Positions 27,940 to 36,340 of a stretch of 64,000 bases of DNA are shown here, one piece after another. Source of the DNA: Candidatus Pacearchaeota archaeon. Lineage in GTDB: Archaea > Nanobdellota > Nanobdellia > Pacearchaeales > GW2011-AR1. Numbering within the stretch: the first letter of the stretch is position 1; every line of letters starts with the position of its first letter. Location of the stretch: NCBI GenBank assembly GCA_017609885.1, contig JAFCDB010000001.1, forward strand, positions 6,732 through 70,731, read 5' to 3'. A program made the translations under genes and the position numbers. The notes beneath the pieces were generated by a model. It did not search any database and was not told where the DNA came from. It worked only from the letters and a program-made list of their open reading frames with translations.

Positions 27940-28326
27940 TTAGAATTCCCAAGTTTCTAACAAAGTTCGCAAACACTCTCCATCTTTTCTTTGATCTCCT
28001 TTTGAGCCATAATTATCAAAATAATCAATTGTCCTTTTTGTAAATACTTTAACAATCCCTTCGCGAACTTGTCCCTTATTCAACCCTATCTTACGCGCCA
28101 TACTAATTCTCTTATTTGTCTCATGATCCAAATACCTTTCAAAAGCATACATCCTCGGTTCCTTACCATATCTGGGTGTATCATCCTGCATCCACTCTAT
28201 ATTAATTCTTTTTATAATCCATCCTAAAAAATCATCAAAATCACATTTAAGTTTGTCAAAATTCTCTTGCTCAAAAGTTTCCTTCATTAAATCCAAATCA
28301 TTCCTATAGACGTGCATTACAATCAT
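27940..28326 (-). CDS. Hypothetical protein
   Basis: 128-aa ORF. Confidence 0.35.
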   Translation of the reverse strand: MIVMHVYRNDLDLMKETFEQENFDKLKCDFDDFLGWIIKRINIEWMQDDTPRYGKEPRMYAFERYLDHETNKRISMARKIGLNKGQVREGIVKVFTKRTIDYFDNYGSKGDQRKDGECLRTLLETWEF

Positions 28327-28381
28327 TAAAAAATTATAAACTTAAACTATAAAAATATTTGTATAATAAGAAACAACACAA

Positions 28382-28768
28382 CTATTCAATTTCTCCCTTT
28401 CCACTCTCTGTCCCCTCCCCTTCCTCATCCCGAGGATTAGCAAGCTCCATAATTTCTCCTTCCTCTGCAATTTCCTTTTCCTCCTCAATTTCTTTTTCAA
28501 TTATTTCTTTGTCTTTATTTTTAGGTTCTGCAGTTTTCTTAATCTTCACACTTTTCTTAGCAGGCATTGGCTGTTTAACTGTAATTGGCAAAACATCATT
28601 TTCAAATTCAACTTTAGCAATTTCCATAGGATCATAATTCAATTTTTCTAATTTGCTTTTTTCAATTTTTTTCAAAAGCGGAGCATCCATTGCAATCTGT
28701 AAAGCCCTGGCTCCTAAAACCCGCGTCTTCTCATACTTTGTTAACTCATGTGCTTTTGGTTCTGCCAT
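28382..28768 (-). CDS. rpoK: DNA-directed RNA polymerase subunit K (Rpo6/RpoK) with acidic C-terminal extension
   Basis: LTKYEKTRVLGARALQIAMDAPLL...DPMEIAKVEFENDVLPITVKQ matches the RPB6/omega-like core. Confidence 0.7.
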   Translation of the reverse strand: MAEPKAHELTKYEKTRVLGARALQIAMDAPLLKKIEKSKLEKLNYDPMEIAKVEFENDVLPITVKQPMPAKKSVKIKKTAEPKNKDKEIIEKEIEEEKEIAEEGEIMELANPRDEEGEGTESGKGEIE

Positions 28769-28819
28769 TATGTAAATTCCCCCAGGAATTTATATCTTGA
28801 AAATTTCCTTATTTTCATT

Positions 28820-29236
28820 TTAATATGCTGCAAATTTTCCTTCTTCATCTTTTGCAATATGATAACCAAATAATTCTTCAACAAATTCTCCATTTTCATC
28901 AACTTGTTCTGCAACTACATATAAATTTGTTCCACCAAAATAATCTGAAAATTCGGTTATAATTTCAATAAGATTTTTAATAGGTGCTCCTAACTGAAGA
29001 GCATGTCTTTCTTTGTGCACTTCAAAATTTAAATTTCCTTCGCCAACAAGATTCCAAAAATCATTTGTTTTATAACCTTTAAATTCTCCTTCACCTACAT
29101 ATACTGCAAATCTAATAGGAATTTTTCCATTATTAATAATTAGTTTTGTTGAATTTTTCAAAATCATTGAACTCATTTGATTATGAAGTCTTTCTTTTTT
29201 AATCTTCCCCTCTTCAAATACAATTAAACTTTCCAT
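28820..29236 (-). CDS. Hypothetical protein downstream of rrp42
   Basis: 138-aa ORF in the exosome operon; no assignment. Confidence 0.35.
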   Translation of the reverse strand: MESLIVFEEGKIKKERLHNQMSSMILKNSTKLIINNGKIPIRFAVYVGEGEFKGYKTNDFWNLVGEGNLNFEVHKERHALQLGAPIKNLIEIITEFSDYFGGTNLYVVAEQVDENGEFVEELFGYHIAKDEEGKFAAY

Positions 29237-30067
29237 TTACTTCAACTCCTTGATTGCTTTATCTATCTTATTATTTATTTCACCTATAAAAGTTTTATGC
29301 TTTTTTTCAATCAAATCAAGCATCTCGCCGAATTTCTCAGGGCTAATTTCCATTGTATCTCCTTTCTGCATACTACAAATCCTGATTGGCTTTTCAGGAA
29401 TAATCCCTACAGTTAACTTCCCCTCACTAGCTGTTTCTTCTTCAATGCTTGGATCTAAAAAAATTACCTCTCCTGCTTTGTAAACATTAAAATTAATTGG
29501 CAAATTCTTAGTCAGCGGAATTGGTTTAGTTCCTTTCTTGTCATAATTTATTTTTTCTTCCTTTGCATCATAAACTGGCATCTTAGCACTTTTCAAAGCT
29601 GCAAGCGCCCCAATAAAAGACGCATCAAGCAAATTGCCGTCGTCATTTATAGAATAAACATCAATAAAAACCCCCCAGACTTTTTCCCCTGCTTTAATGC
29701 AAAGTTTGTCAAAATCAATATATCCTGATTCTCTTATTCCTCTGTCAACCAATCTTCCAAGCTCAATTGCAAGAAATTTTGGGGGTCCAAGTTCATATTT
29801 TGGGTGACTCATTGGAGTTACCTCTGCAGTTACCATCAAATTACCTTTGTCAGGTGAATCGTCGTAAGGTTCTACAACCAGCATTTTCACGCCCACTAAA
29901 ACTTTTGTTTTTCCGATTTGGACTTCTGCACTTCCTTCTGCTTTTTTTGAAATTCCACACTCAATTTTAATTTCTCTGAACTCATCAAGTTTTCTTCCAT
30001 CAAACCTTTTTCCTTTTGCAAGGTATTCTTTAATTCTTTTGCTTGTTAAGTTTGATATGTTAATCAT
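29237..30067 (-). CDS. rrp42: Exosome complex component Rrp42 (RNase PH-like, inactive subunit)
   Basis: RFDGRKLDEFREIKIECGISKKAEGSAEVQIGKTKVLVGVK... RNase PH-domain pattern; directly downstream of rrp41 with 4-nt overlap. Confidence 0.75.
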   Translation of the reverse strand: MINISNLTSKRIKEYLAKGKRFDGRKLDEFREIKIECGISKKAEGSAEVQIGKTKVLVGVKMLVVEPYDDSPDKGNLMVTAEVTPMSHPKYELGPPKFLAIELGRLVDRGIRESGYIDFDKLCIKAGEKVWGVFIDVYSINDDGNLLDASFIGALAALKSAKMPVYDAKEEKINYDKKGTKPIPLTKNLPINFNVYKAGEVIFLDPSIEEETASEGKLTVGIIPEKPIRICSMQKGDTMEISPEKFGEMLDLIEKKHKTFIGEINNKIDKAIKELK

Positions 30068-30771
30068 CTGCTTCCCTCCACTGCTTGTTTCAAAGCTTTT
30101 TTTTGAATTTCATAGATTTTCTTTGTAGCTTCTCGTCCTAACTTAACTGCTTCTTTTAATTCTTTAGTTGAAATCTTTCCGTCTAACTGAATATGTGAAA
30201 TCTCATCGATACTATTCAAGAATGTCAAAGCAATATCTGTAGGGCCTTCGCCTCCTTCATAATCCTCCTCTGCCTTGTCAACATCAACAACTAATGTTTT
30301 GTCTATCTTTCCTATTGAAACGCTGGTTGCAATATCCCTCATTGGAATTCCTGCGTGAGCAAGTGCCATTGAAGCTGCGTTAATTCCTGCGCAACGAGTT
30401 GAAGCATCTGCCTGCGGAATCATAATATGAACATCAATAACAGTATTAGGAAATTCGTCAATCATAACACTTTTATTCAAAGCCCATTCAGTAATCTTTG
30501 AAATTTCAGTAGACCTTTTTGACGGTCCAGGACGAATTCTATCACTAACAGAAAAACTCATCATATTATAATTGCATCTTAATATCCCTTTTTCAGGATT
30601 TTGTAGGTGTTGTGGGTGAAGTTGATGAGGGCCGTAAACAGCAGCAATTGCAACTGTATCTCCAAATGAAAACATCGCACTTCCGTCTGCATTTGGAACT
30701 ACGCCGACTTTTGCTTTTATTTCACGCGCCTGTTCAAATTTCCGTCCGTCGCTTCGTTTTGTGTATGCCAT
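30064..30771 (-). CDS. rrp41: Exosome complex exonuclease Rrp41 (RNase PH)
   Basis: RSDGRKFEQAREIKAKVGVVPNADGSAMFSFGDTVAIAAVYGP... and C-terminal PH domain. Confidence 0.8.
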   Translation of the reverse strand: MAYTKRSDGRKFEQAREIKAKVGVVPNADGSAMFSFGDTVAIAAVYGPHQLHPQHLQNPEKGILRCNYNMMSFSVSDRIRPGPSKRSTEISKITEWALNKSVMIDEFPNTVIDVHIMIPQADASTRCAGINAASMALAHAGIPMRDIATSVSIGKIDKTLVVDVDKAEEDYEGGEGPTDIALTFLNSIDEISHIQLDGKISTKELKEAVKLGREATKKIYEIQKKALKQAVEGSR

Positions 30772-30822
30772 TATGTAAATTGTTCCTGGAATTTATATCT
30801 TAAAAAGTTTCTTTTTTTCATT

Positions 30823-31005
30823 TTAATGTTTTGTTTCTCCTCCATATTCATATCTATCCCTTTCTTTATCATTTAAACTTTTCCACCAATTATTGGCATT
30901 TTTTTCTCCCTGCTCTTTTTTTATTCTTTCATATTTTGCTAATATTCCTTCATTTATTTTTCTAGGTGTTCTGCTAAATTTTTCTAATAAACCTTCTAAT
31001 ATCAT
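30823..31005 (-). CDS. Small hypothetical ORF between rrp4 and rrp41
   Basis: 60-aa ORF overlapping the rrp4 stop by 4 nt. Confidence 0.2.
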   Translation of the reverse strand: MILEGLLEKFSRTPRKINEGILAKYERIKKEQGEKNANNWWKSLNDKERDRYEYGGETKH

Positions 31006-31676
31006 CCCCCCACCCCCCTCAAAAATTCCTGAACTTTATTTGTCAAACCATTAATTAAAGTTTTCTTAGTCACAAATTCAATAGCTTTTCTTGCCTTAAT
31101 TTCATTTTCAATTTTATCTCCTTTAATCCACACAAGTCCATTTTGTCCTACAGTAATTCTGCAATCTGTCTCATCTTTTATAATTTTAATCATGCTTCCT
31201 TCCTTGCCAATTACTCTTGGAACTTTATTAGGATTAATTATAAAAGTCATTCCCCCATCTAATCTTCCAAGTCCTCTGCCTTCTAAAGTTAAATCAATTC
31301 CTTTTGACTTCACACTTTTTATTTTGGCAGTAAAAAAATCGCCAATATCTAAAAACTCTGCTAAATTGTTTTTGTCTAAATATTTTGGAACATCTGCAAC
31401 AGGCAAAAACGAATTGTTTGCTATTCCAATGTCTGCGAGCCATCCGTTGAAAGTTATATCAGAAACTTGCGCAATAATTACATTTCCCCTTCTCGGGGCA
31501 AAGATTCCTGAAAGTGGAATTATTTTAACTAACTTGCCGGATTTTTCAACAATACCATATCTCTGCGCAAGGATATTATCTTTTTGTCTAATAGTATTGT
31601 CTCCAGGAAGATGCTCACTGCCAGTCGCAACTACTTCACCTGGAATTACTATCTCGCGCTTTTCTTTGTCTGTCAT
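31002..31676 (-). CDS. rrp4: Exosome RNA-binding subunit Rrp4 (S1 plus KH)
   Basis: S1 region GNVIIAQVSDITFNGWLADIG and KH region IGKEGSMIKIIKDETDCRITVGQNGLVWIKG. Confidence 0.75.
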   Translation of the reverse strand: MTDKEKREIVIPGEVVATGSEHLPGDNTIRQKDNILAQRYGIVEKSGKLVKIIPLSGIFAPRRGNVIIAQVSDITFNGWLADIGIANNSFLPVADVPKYLDKNNLAEFLDIGDFFTAKIKSVKSKGIDLTLEGRGLGRLDGGMTFIINPNKVPRVIGKEGSMIKIIKDETDCRITVGQNGLVWIKGDKIENEIKARKAIEFVTKKTLINGLTNKVQEFLRGVGG

Positions 31677-31997
31677 TTAATTTTTTGCTCCTTCTATTAA
31701 TTTTTTACATTCACTCCATTCTGGTTCTATTCCTGATAAATATCTAATACTTTTCCCTTTTTCATCTACCTTAATTAATCCTTTATCTTTCCTTAACTTA
31801 TCTCTCTCTATTTCTCTAACAGCAATAACTTGTTCACCAAAAGTAGAATTCTCAGTTCCAGGACATATATAAGCAAATTTAGCTTTTCCTTCTGATTCTC
31901 CTGCATAAGTTGCTGGTCCTGTCCCCTCTAATCTGCAATCTTCTCCAATTTTTAATAATAATTCTCCTTGATTTATCATTTTCCTATATCTCCACAT
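31677..31997 (-). CDS. Hypothetical protein upstream of rrp4
   Basis: 106-aa ORF abutting the rrp4 start. Confidence 0.35.
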   Translation of the reverse strand: MWRYRKMINQGELLLKIGEDCRLEGTGPATYAGESEGKAKFAYICPGTENSTFGEQVIAVREIERDKLRKDKGLIKVDEKGKSIRYLSGIEPEWSECKKLIEGAKN

Positions 31998-32023
31998 TTA
32001 ACTTGGTTTAAAAAACCTTCGGA

Positions 32024-32181
32024 TTTCATTTTTCTTCCTCACTATATCTTCGAACTAATTCTTCAGCTTTTTTTTCCATTGCTCTTTTAATTACAAGATA
32101 ATCTTCTATTTTCATTACAGGAGCAAAACCACTATTAATTTCTCCTTTTTTATTAAAATATCTTAAATTATTAAGCTCCAT
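32024..32181 (-). CDS. Small ORF (52 aa) overlapping the SBDS stop by 11 nt; not in the ORF track (below 60 aa)
   Basis: My translation: MELNNLRYFNKKGEINSGFAPVMKIEDYLVIKRAMEKKAEELVRRYSEEEK. Confidence 0.2.
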
Positions 32182-32866
32182 CTTCTTTCTCCGCAACTTC
32201 TTCACTTACAGCACTTCCATGAGTTAGAGAATTTAATTTATCATAAAATTCCATTTGAAAGCCAATAGGAACATTCAACACAACTTTCAAATCCCCATTT
32301 CCCAACCACTCCTCGGATTCCTTGTAAATCTGAACAAGTCCATAAGCAACCCCTGTGTATTGAGCAGGAATTGTTATTATGAGTTTTTTTGTTTCAATTT
32401 TTATAGGGATAATTAATGAGAGTTTTTCGACAATTTCTTTGATCTGCGCTTCAATTGGCTTGTTTGTAATATTAACTCCAGCTTCCTTTAAAGCAGTTTC
32501 AATTCTATCACTTGTATATGGTCTATCAGATTGAGGGTCAACTGCATTTTTAACAAGAAAATCAACAACTTGTTTTCCTTTTTCACCTAATTCTATTTTT
32601 TTATATTCCACAGGAATTTGCACCTCGCCTTTTTTCACAATTGTTTCTGCGATGTGATTTACATTTGTTGTTTGAAATGCTACTTGGAGGTCTGCTGTTG
32701 CTGCATGCTCGCCTTTTTTTGAATCTGAAAATATTGCGTCTATTGCAAGAAATTCTGAAACACTTCCCTTGCCTGTTTTTTTAAAAGCCAACGCCTTGTC
32801 TATGTCATCAATCATAATTTCAAAATGCTTGCCATTAATTTTAATTCGTGCTATTGTGTTTGTCAT
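32171..32866 (-). CDS. sdo1: SBDS/Sdo1 ribosome-maturation protein homolog
   Basis: ARIKINGKHFEIMIDDIDKALAFKKTGKG...LAIDAIFSDSKKGEHAATADL matches the SBDS N-terminal domain; position in the superoperon. Confidence 0.75.
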   Translation of the reverse strand: MTNTIARIKINGKHFEIMIDDIDKALAFKKTGKGSVSEFLAIDAIFSDSKKGEHAATADLQVAFQTTNVNHIAETIVKKGEVQIPVEYKKIELGEKGKQVVDFLVKNAVDPQSDRPYTSDRIETALKEAGVNITNKPIEAQIKEIVEKLSLIIPIKIETKKLIITIPAQYTGVAYGLVQIYKESEEWLGNGDLKVVLNVPIGFQMEFYDKLNSLTHGSAVSEEVAEKEDGA

Positions 32867-33202
32867 TTAATTATTTTCTCCAATTTTATTTCTCTCATGA
32901 TACTCTCCAAAAGGTAATTTTTCAAATCTTTCAACTTCTAAATTAAATAAGGGAATGTCAGTCGCTCGTTTTACACTATCTGCATTTAAAATCCAATTTG
33001 GCATCCCTATTTTTAAAAAACTTTCCCGGGAATTTTTCATTTCTAATCTAAGCTCTTTAGCTTTTTGAGGGAATTTACTGCTATTTTTTAATTTTTTAAG
33101 TCTCATAATTCCCCTGTGGAAATATTCTATAAATTCTCTTTGATGATATTCTATAATCCTTTGATGATGCTCAATTATTTTCTCAAAATTATCATATAAC
33201 AT
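32867..33202 (-). CDS. Hypothetical His-rich small protein
   Basis: 111-aa ORF between psmA and SBDS. Confidence 0.3.
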   Translation of the reverse strand: MLYDNFEKIIEHHQRIIEYHQREFIEYFHRGIMRLKKLKNSSKFPQKAKELRLEMKNSRESFLKIGMPNWILNADSVKRATDIPLFNLEVERFEKLPFGEYHERNKIGENN

Positions 33203-33203
33203 T

Positions 33204-33926
33204 TTATGTAAATTTCTTCAAAGAATTCTCATCTAATCTTTCAACTTTGCCTTTGCTCTTCTTAACACAGGCAATATCAAATCGCTTTAACTCAAAGTTT
33301 TTTCCAAGGATTCCCTTAAAGATTTCTAATGCAAGTTTAATCCCTCCATCTATATTTAATTTTTCGTTGTATTTTAATCTCAGCATCTCTTTTATTTTTT
33401 CATCATTCTCACCAATGACAATTGCCTTGTATGAAAAGTAATTCCCCGTAATATCAGATGAAAAAACACAAGGCTCTCCCTGATCAATTCCAGCAACAAT
33501 AATTGCAACTCCGAACGGCCTGGCACCTCCGTATTGAGTGAACATCTGCTTTGTGTTTGCAATTTCTCTGATAATTGTTTCAACTTCAATAGGAGAATCA
33601 TATGTAACTCTATTCTGCTGTGCAATCACCCTCGCCTTGTCAATCAAAATCCGCGCATCACTTAAAATTCCTGCAGCTCCTGCAATTATATGTTCGTCAA
33701 TTTCATGCACTTTGTTTGCTGAGCCAGCAATAATTAAATTATCATTAACTCTTTTGTCAGAAATTATCACAACACCGTCGCTGCATTTAATTCCAATAAT
33801 TGTGCTCCCTAATCGAACAGTCTTCTCAGCATATTCAACCTGCAAAAGATGCCCGTCTGGCGAAAACATAGTTGCAGTCCTATCATAACCCATTGCTTGA
33901 TGTTGAATTTCTGTTGGCATATCCAT
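33204..33926 (-). CDS. psmA: Proteasome subunit alpha
   Basis: N-terminal YDRTATMFSPDGHLLQVEYA alpha-subunit signature; 240 aa. Confidence 0.85.
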   Translation of the reverse strand: MDMPTEIQHQAMGYDRTATMFSPDGHLLQVEYAEKTVRLGSTIIGIKCSDGVVIISDKRVNDNLIIAGSANKVHEIDEHIIAGAAGILSDARILIDKARVIAQQNRVTYDSPIEVETIIREIANTKQMFTQYGGARPFGVAIIVAGIDQGEPCVFSSDITGNYFSYKAIVIGENDEKIKEMLRLKYNEKLNIDGGIKLALEIFKGILGKNFELKRFDIACVKKSKGKVERLDENSLKKFT

Positions 33927-34000
33927 TTTATCTGAAGAATATCATATAATTCAAATTTATCTATTTCTTCTCCTTCTCTTTTCCAAAGTATAAAGAGTTT

Positions 34001-34276
34001 TTAAATTTTTCTCCTATGCCCTCTTAGCCCTTTCAAAGTTCCGCTCACCTTTTCCACCTGAACATTATTTGTTAAAACAAAACTTGCCCTCACTTTGTTA
34101 AGTTCTTTTCGATTCACAGCTAAAATCTTCGGTGAAATCCAAATCATTCCTGCCTTTGAAAATCCTAAAATTCCAATATATTTTAAAATCATATCCTCAA
34201 CTTGCTTTTTTGTAAATTTGCCTTTAAGCAAAATATACCTTTTTTTGTCGCGCATGCTCGGTTTTAAAATTTTCAT
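34001..34276 (-). CDS. RNase P protein subunit Pop5-like (tentative, short)
   Basis: N-terminus MKILKPSMRDKKRYILLKG resembles the Pop5 start (lrpk.RYilfei); adjacent to psmA as in the archaeal superoperon. Confidence 0.35.
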   Translation of the reverse strand: MKILKPSMRDKKRYILLKGKFTKKQVEDMILKYIGILGFSKAGMIWISPKILAVNRKELNKVRASFVLTNNVQVEKVSGTLKGLRGHRRKI

Positions 34277-34279
34277 TTT

Positions 34280-34627
34280 CTAATAACGAAACCTCCTTTC
34301 ATAATCTTTGTGGTTGAACCATTCAATTAAAATATTAAGTATGGAAATCTCGTCTTCTTTAATTGTGTAAATTAATCTCCATGAATTAGGAAGATTGTAT
34401 TTCCAGAGATTTTTTATAGAATATTTTTTGATATACTCTTTTGGCCATAATTTTTTTGAAATAAGAACTCCGCAAAACGGGTTCTTTTTTATATCTTCAA
34501 TCGCCCTGCTGATAAACTCTCTTAATTGTTCATCTTCAAATTTTCCCTTTTCTAATTTTTCAAAGTTTTTTTTGAGATTTTCATCTACAAAACTGACATA
34601 TCTTTTTTTAGCAGATCTTGGCATCAT
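34280..34627 (-). CDS. RelE/ParE-family type II toxin
   Basis: 115 aa; C-terminal NLWKYNLPNSWRLIYTIKEDEISILNILIEWFNHKDYERRF fits the ParE/RelE fold signature. Confidence 0.5.
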   Translation of the reverse strand: MMPRSAKKRYVSFVDENLKKNFEKLEKGKFEDEQLREFISRAIEDIKKNPFCGVLISKKLWPKEYIKKYSIKNLWKYNLPNSWRLIYTIKEDEISILNILIEWFNHKDYERRFRY

Positions 34628-34911
34628 TTTATAATCAATCCTTTCTTTAAATATTTCTTAATTCCTTTTGGATCCCATGTCCAAATAATTGTTCCATTTC
34701 CATTAACATAAATTTTCCCCATTTCCTCAAGATAATTAATTATTAAACAAAAAGTTTGATACATTACCTTTTTTGGCAGTTTTTTCCAGAGCTCTGTTTT
34801 TGTAGGATAAAAATTTAATTTTTGTATAGTTTCCTCTACCATAATCATTGTGTCAAGCCTTGGATAATGCAAAATTTGGTTTTTTTTCATTATATAAATA
34901 TATATAACCAT
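34624..34911 (-). CDS. Putative antitoxin (small protein upstream of and overlapping the toxin by 4 nt)
   Basis: 95-aa ORF; ATGA overlap with the downstream toxin gene. Confidence 0.3.
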   Translation of the reverse strand: MVIYIYIMKKNQILHYPRLDTMIMVEETIQKLNFYPTKTELWKKLPKKVMYQTFCLIINYLEEMGKIYVNGNGTIIWTWDPKGIKKYLKKGLIIK

Positions 34912-34967
34912 ATTATTTAAACCTTTCGAACAACAAATCTTATTAACACTAATTTCATTTAATTTTC

Positions 34968-35690
34968 ATGGAAAATCTTAAAGTTCCAACAGGGAGTGAA
35001 GATTTAAACCGCTGGTTGTCTGGAGGCTATGACAAAGATATAATCACCACTATCTACGGCCCTGCAGGAAGCGGCAAAACAAACATTTGCATGATGGCTG
35101 CAGTTTCACAAGCAAAAAATTCAAAAGTAATTTTTATAGATACAGAAGGAGGATTTTCAATTGATAGATTCAAACAGCTTGCTGGAGAAAATTACAAAGA
35201 ACTTTTGAAAAATGTCTTGCTGTTAAAACCAACTTCTTTTGACGAACAAAAAAAAGATTTTCAAACTTTGTTAAATCAAATTAAATTAAACTCAAAAATT
35301 TCTCTGATTGTTGTTGATGGAATGACAATGCTCTATAGATTAGAATTTGCTGATTCTATAAAAGATGAATCAAAAACTTTTCTTACGAACAAAGAACTCG
35401 CGCGACAGCTTCGAATCCTTGCTGAAATCGCGCGCAAAAAAAACATCCCAGTGATAATGACAAATCAAGTCTATTATGATTTTATAAAAAACCAGGATTT
35501 TTCTCAAAAAGAAAAAAACGCCAACATGGTCGGCGGAGATCTGCTAAAATACTGGAGCAAATGTCTTGTAGAACTCAAATTTTTTGGACAAAAGCGAGTG
35601 GCAATTTTAAAAAAACACCGGAGTCTGCCTGAAAAAGAATTCGCATTTACTTTAGTAGATTCTGGAATAAGAAAAAAAGGATTGTTTTAG
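34968..35690 (+). CDS. radB: RadB (archaeal RecA/Rad51 paralog without N-terminal HhH domain)
   Basis: Walker A IYGPAGSGKTNICMMAA; Walker B LIVVDGMT; 240 aa. Confidence 0.7.
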   Translation: MENLKVPTGSEDLNRWLSGGYDKDIITTIYGPAGSGKTNICMMAAVSQAKNSKVIFIDTEGGFSIDRFKQLAGENYKELLKNVLLLKPTSFDEQKKDFQTLLNQIKLNSKISLIVVDGMTMLYRLEFADSIKDESKTFLTNKELARQLRILAEIARKKNIPVIMTNQVYYDFIKNQDFSQKEKNANMVGGDLLKYWSKCLVELKFFGQKRVAILKKHRSLPEKEFAFTLVDSGIRKKGLF

Positions 35691-35725
35691 GAAACATTTA
35701 TAAAATACTTTAACTATGATTATAT

Positions 35726-36340
35726 ATGAATAAAAAAAGAGTCGCAGCAATAACTATAGGATTAGTAGCTGTCTTATTAGTGACTTTATTTCTTAATTCT
35801 TATTCGCCGCTTACTGGAAATGCAGTTGAAGGAGGTGAATGCTTTGTTCAAGGAGAAGATGACTGCCAGGGCGAGGATGTTTTAATTTGTATTAATGAAA
35901 AATGGGAAAATTTCGGAAAAGTTCCAGGGCAATGCGGATATCAGGACGACTCAGGATCAATGTCTGAATGTATGAGTAATGATGACTGCTATGGAGACGA
36001 GACCTGCAGAAACGGATTCTGCGTCGCTGATGATGGAAACTCATCAACACTAATGTGGTCAATTGTCATAATTCTTGTTATATTAATCCTTGGAGTGATA
36101 GGTTTTATAATCTATCTCATAATAAAAAAAGACAACTCAAAAAGAAATAATACTCCTGGAAAAATGTTTACAAAAAAACCTCCAATAAAACCTATGGGTA
36201 AACCTTCTGTTAAACCTTTGATGAAACCTACTAATCCAATTTCTAAACCTGCTCCTATAAAACCAAGCATAACAAAAACCCTTCCAATAAACCCTGTTGT
36301 CTCGCCTGCGATTAAACCTTCAATAAAACTCAAGAGATGA
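35726..36340 (+). CDS. Cys-rich type-I-like membrane protein with K/P-rich tail (KPxxKP repeats)
   Basis: Signal anchor, 12 Cys (ECFVQGEDDCQGEDVLICINEKW...CGYQDD...ECMSNDDCYGDETCRNGFC), TM WSIVIILVILILGVIGFIIYLII, tail KPPIKPMGKPSVKPLMKPTNPISKPAPIKPSITK. Confidence 0.45.
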   Translation: MNKKRVAAITIGLVAVLLVTLFLNSYSPLTGNAVEGGECFVQGEDDCQGEDVLICINEKWENFGKVPGQCGYQDDSGSMSECMSNDDCYGDETCRNGFCVADDGNSSTLMWSIVIILVILILGVIGFIIYLIIKKDNSKRNNTPGKMFTKKPPIKPMGKPSVKPLMKPTNPISKPAPIKPSITKTLPINPVVSPAIKPSIKLKR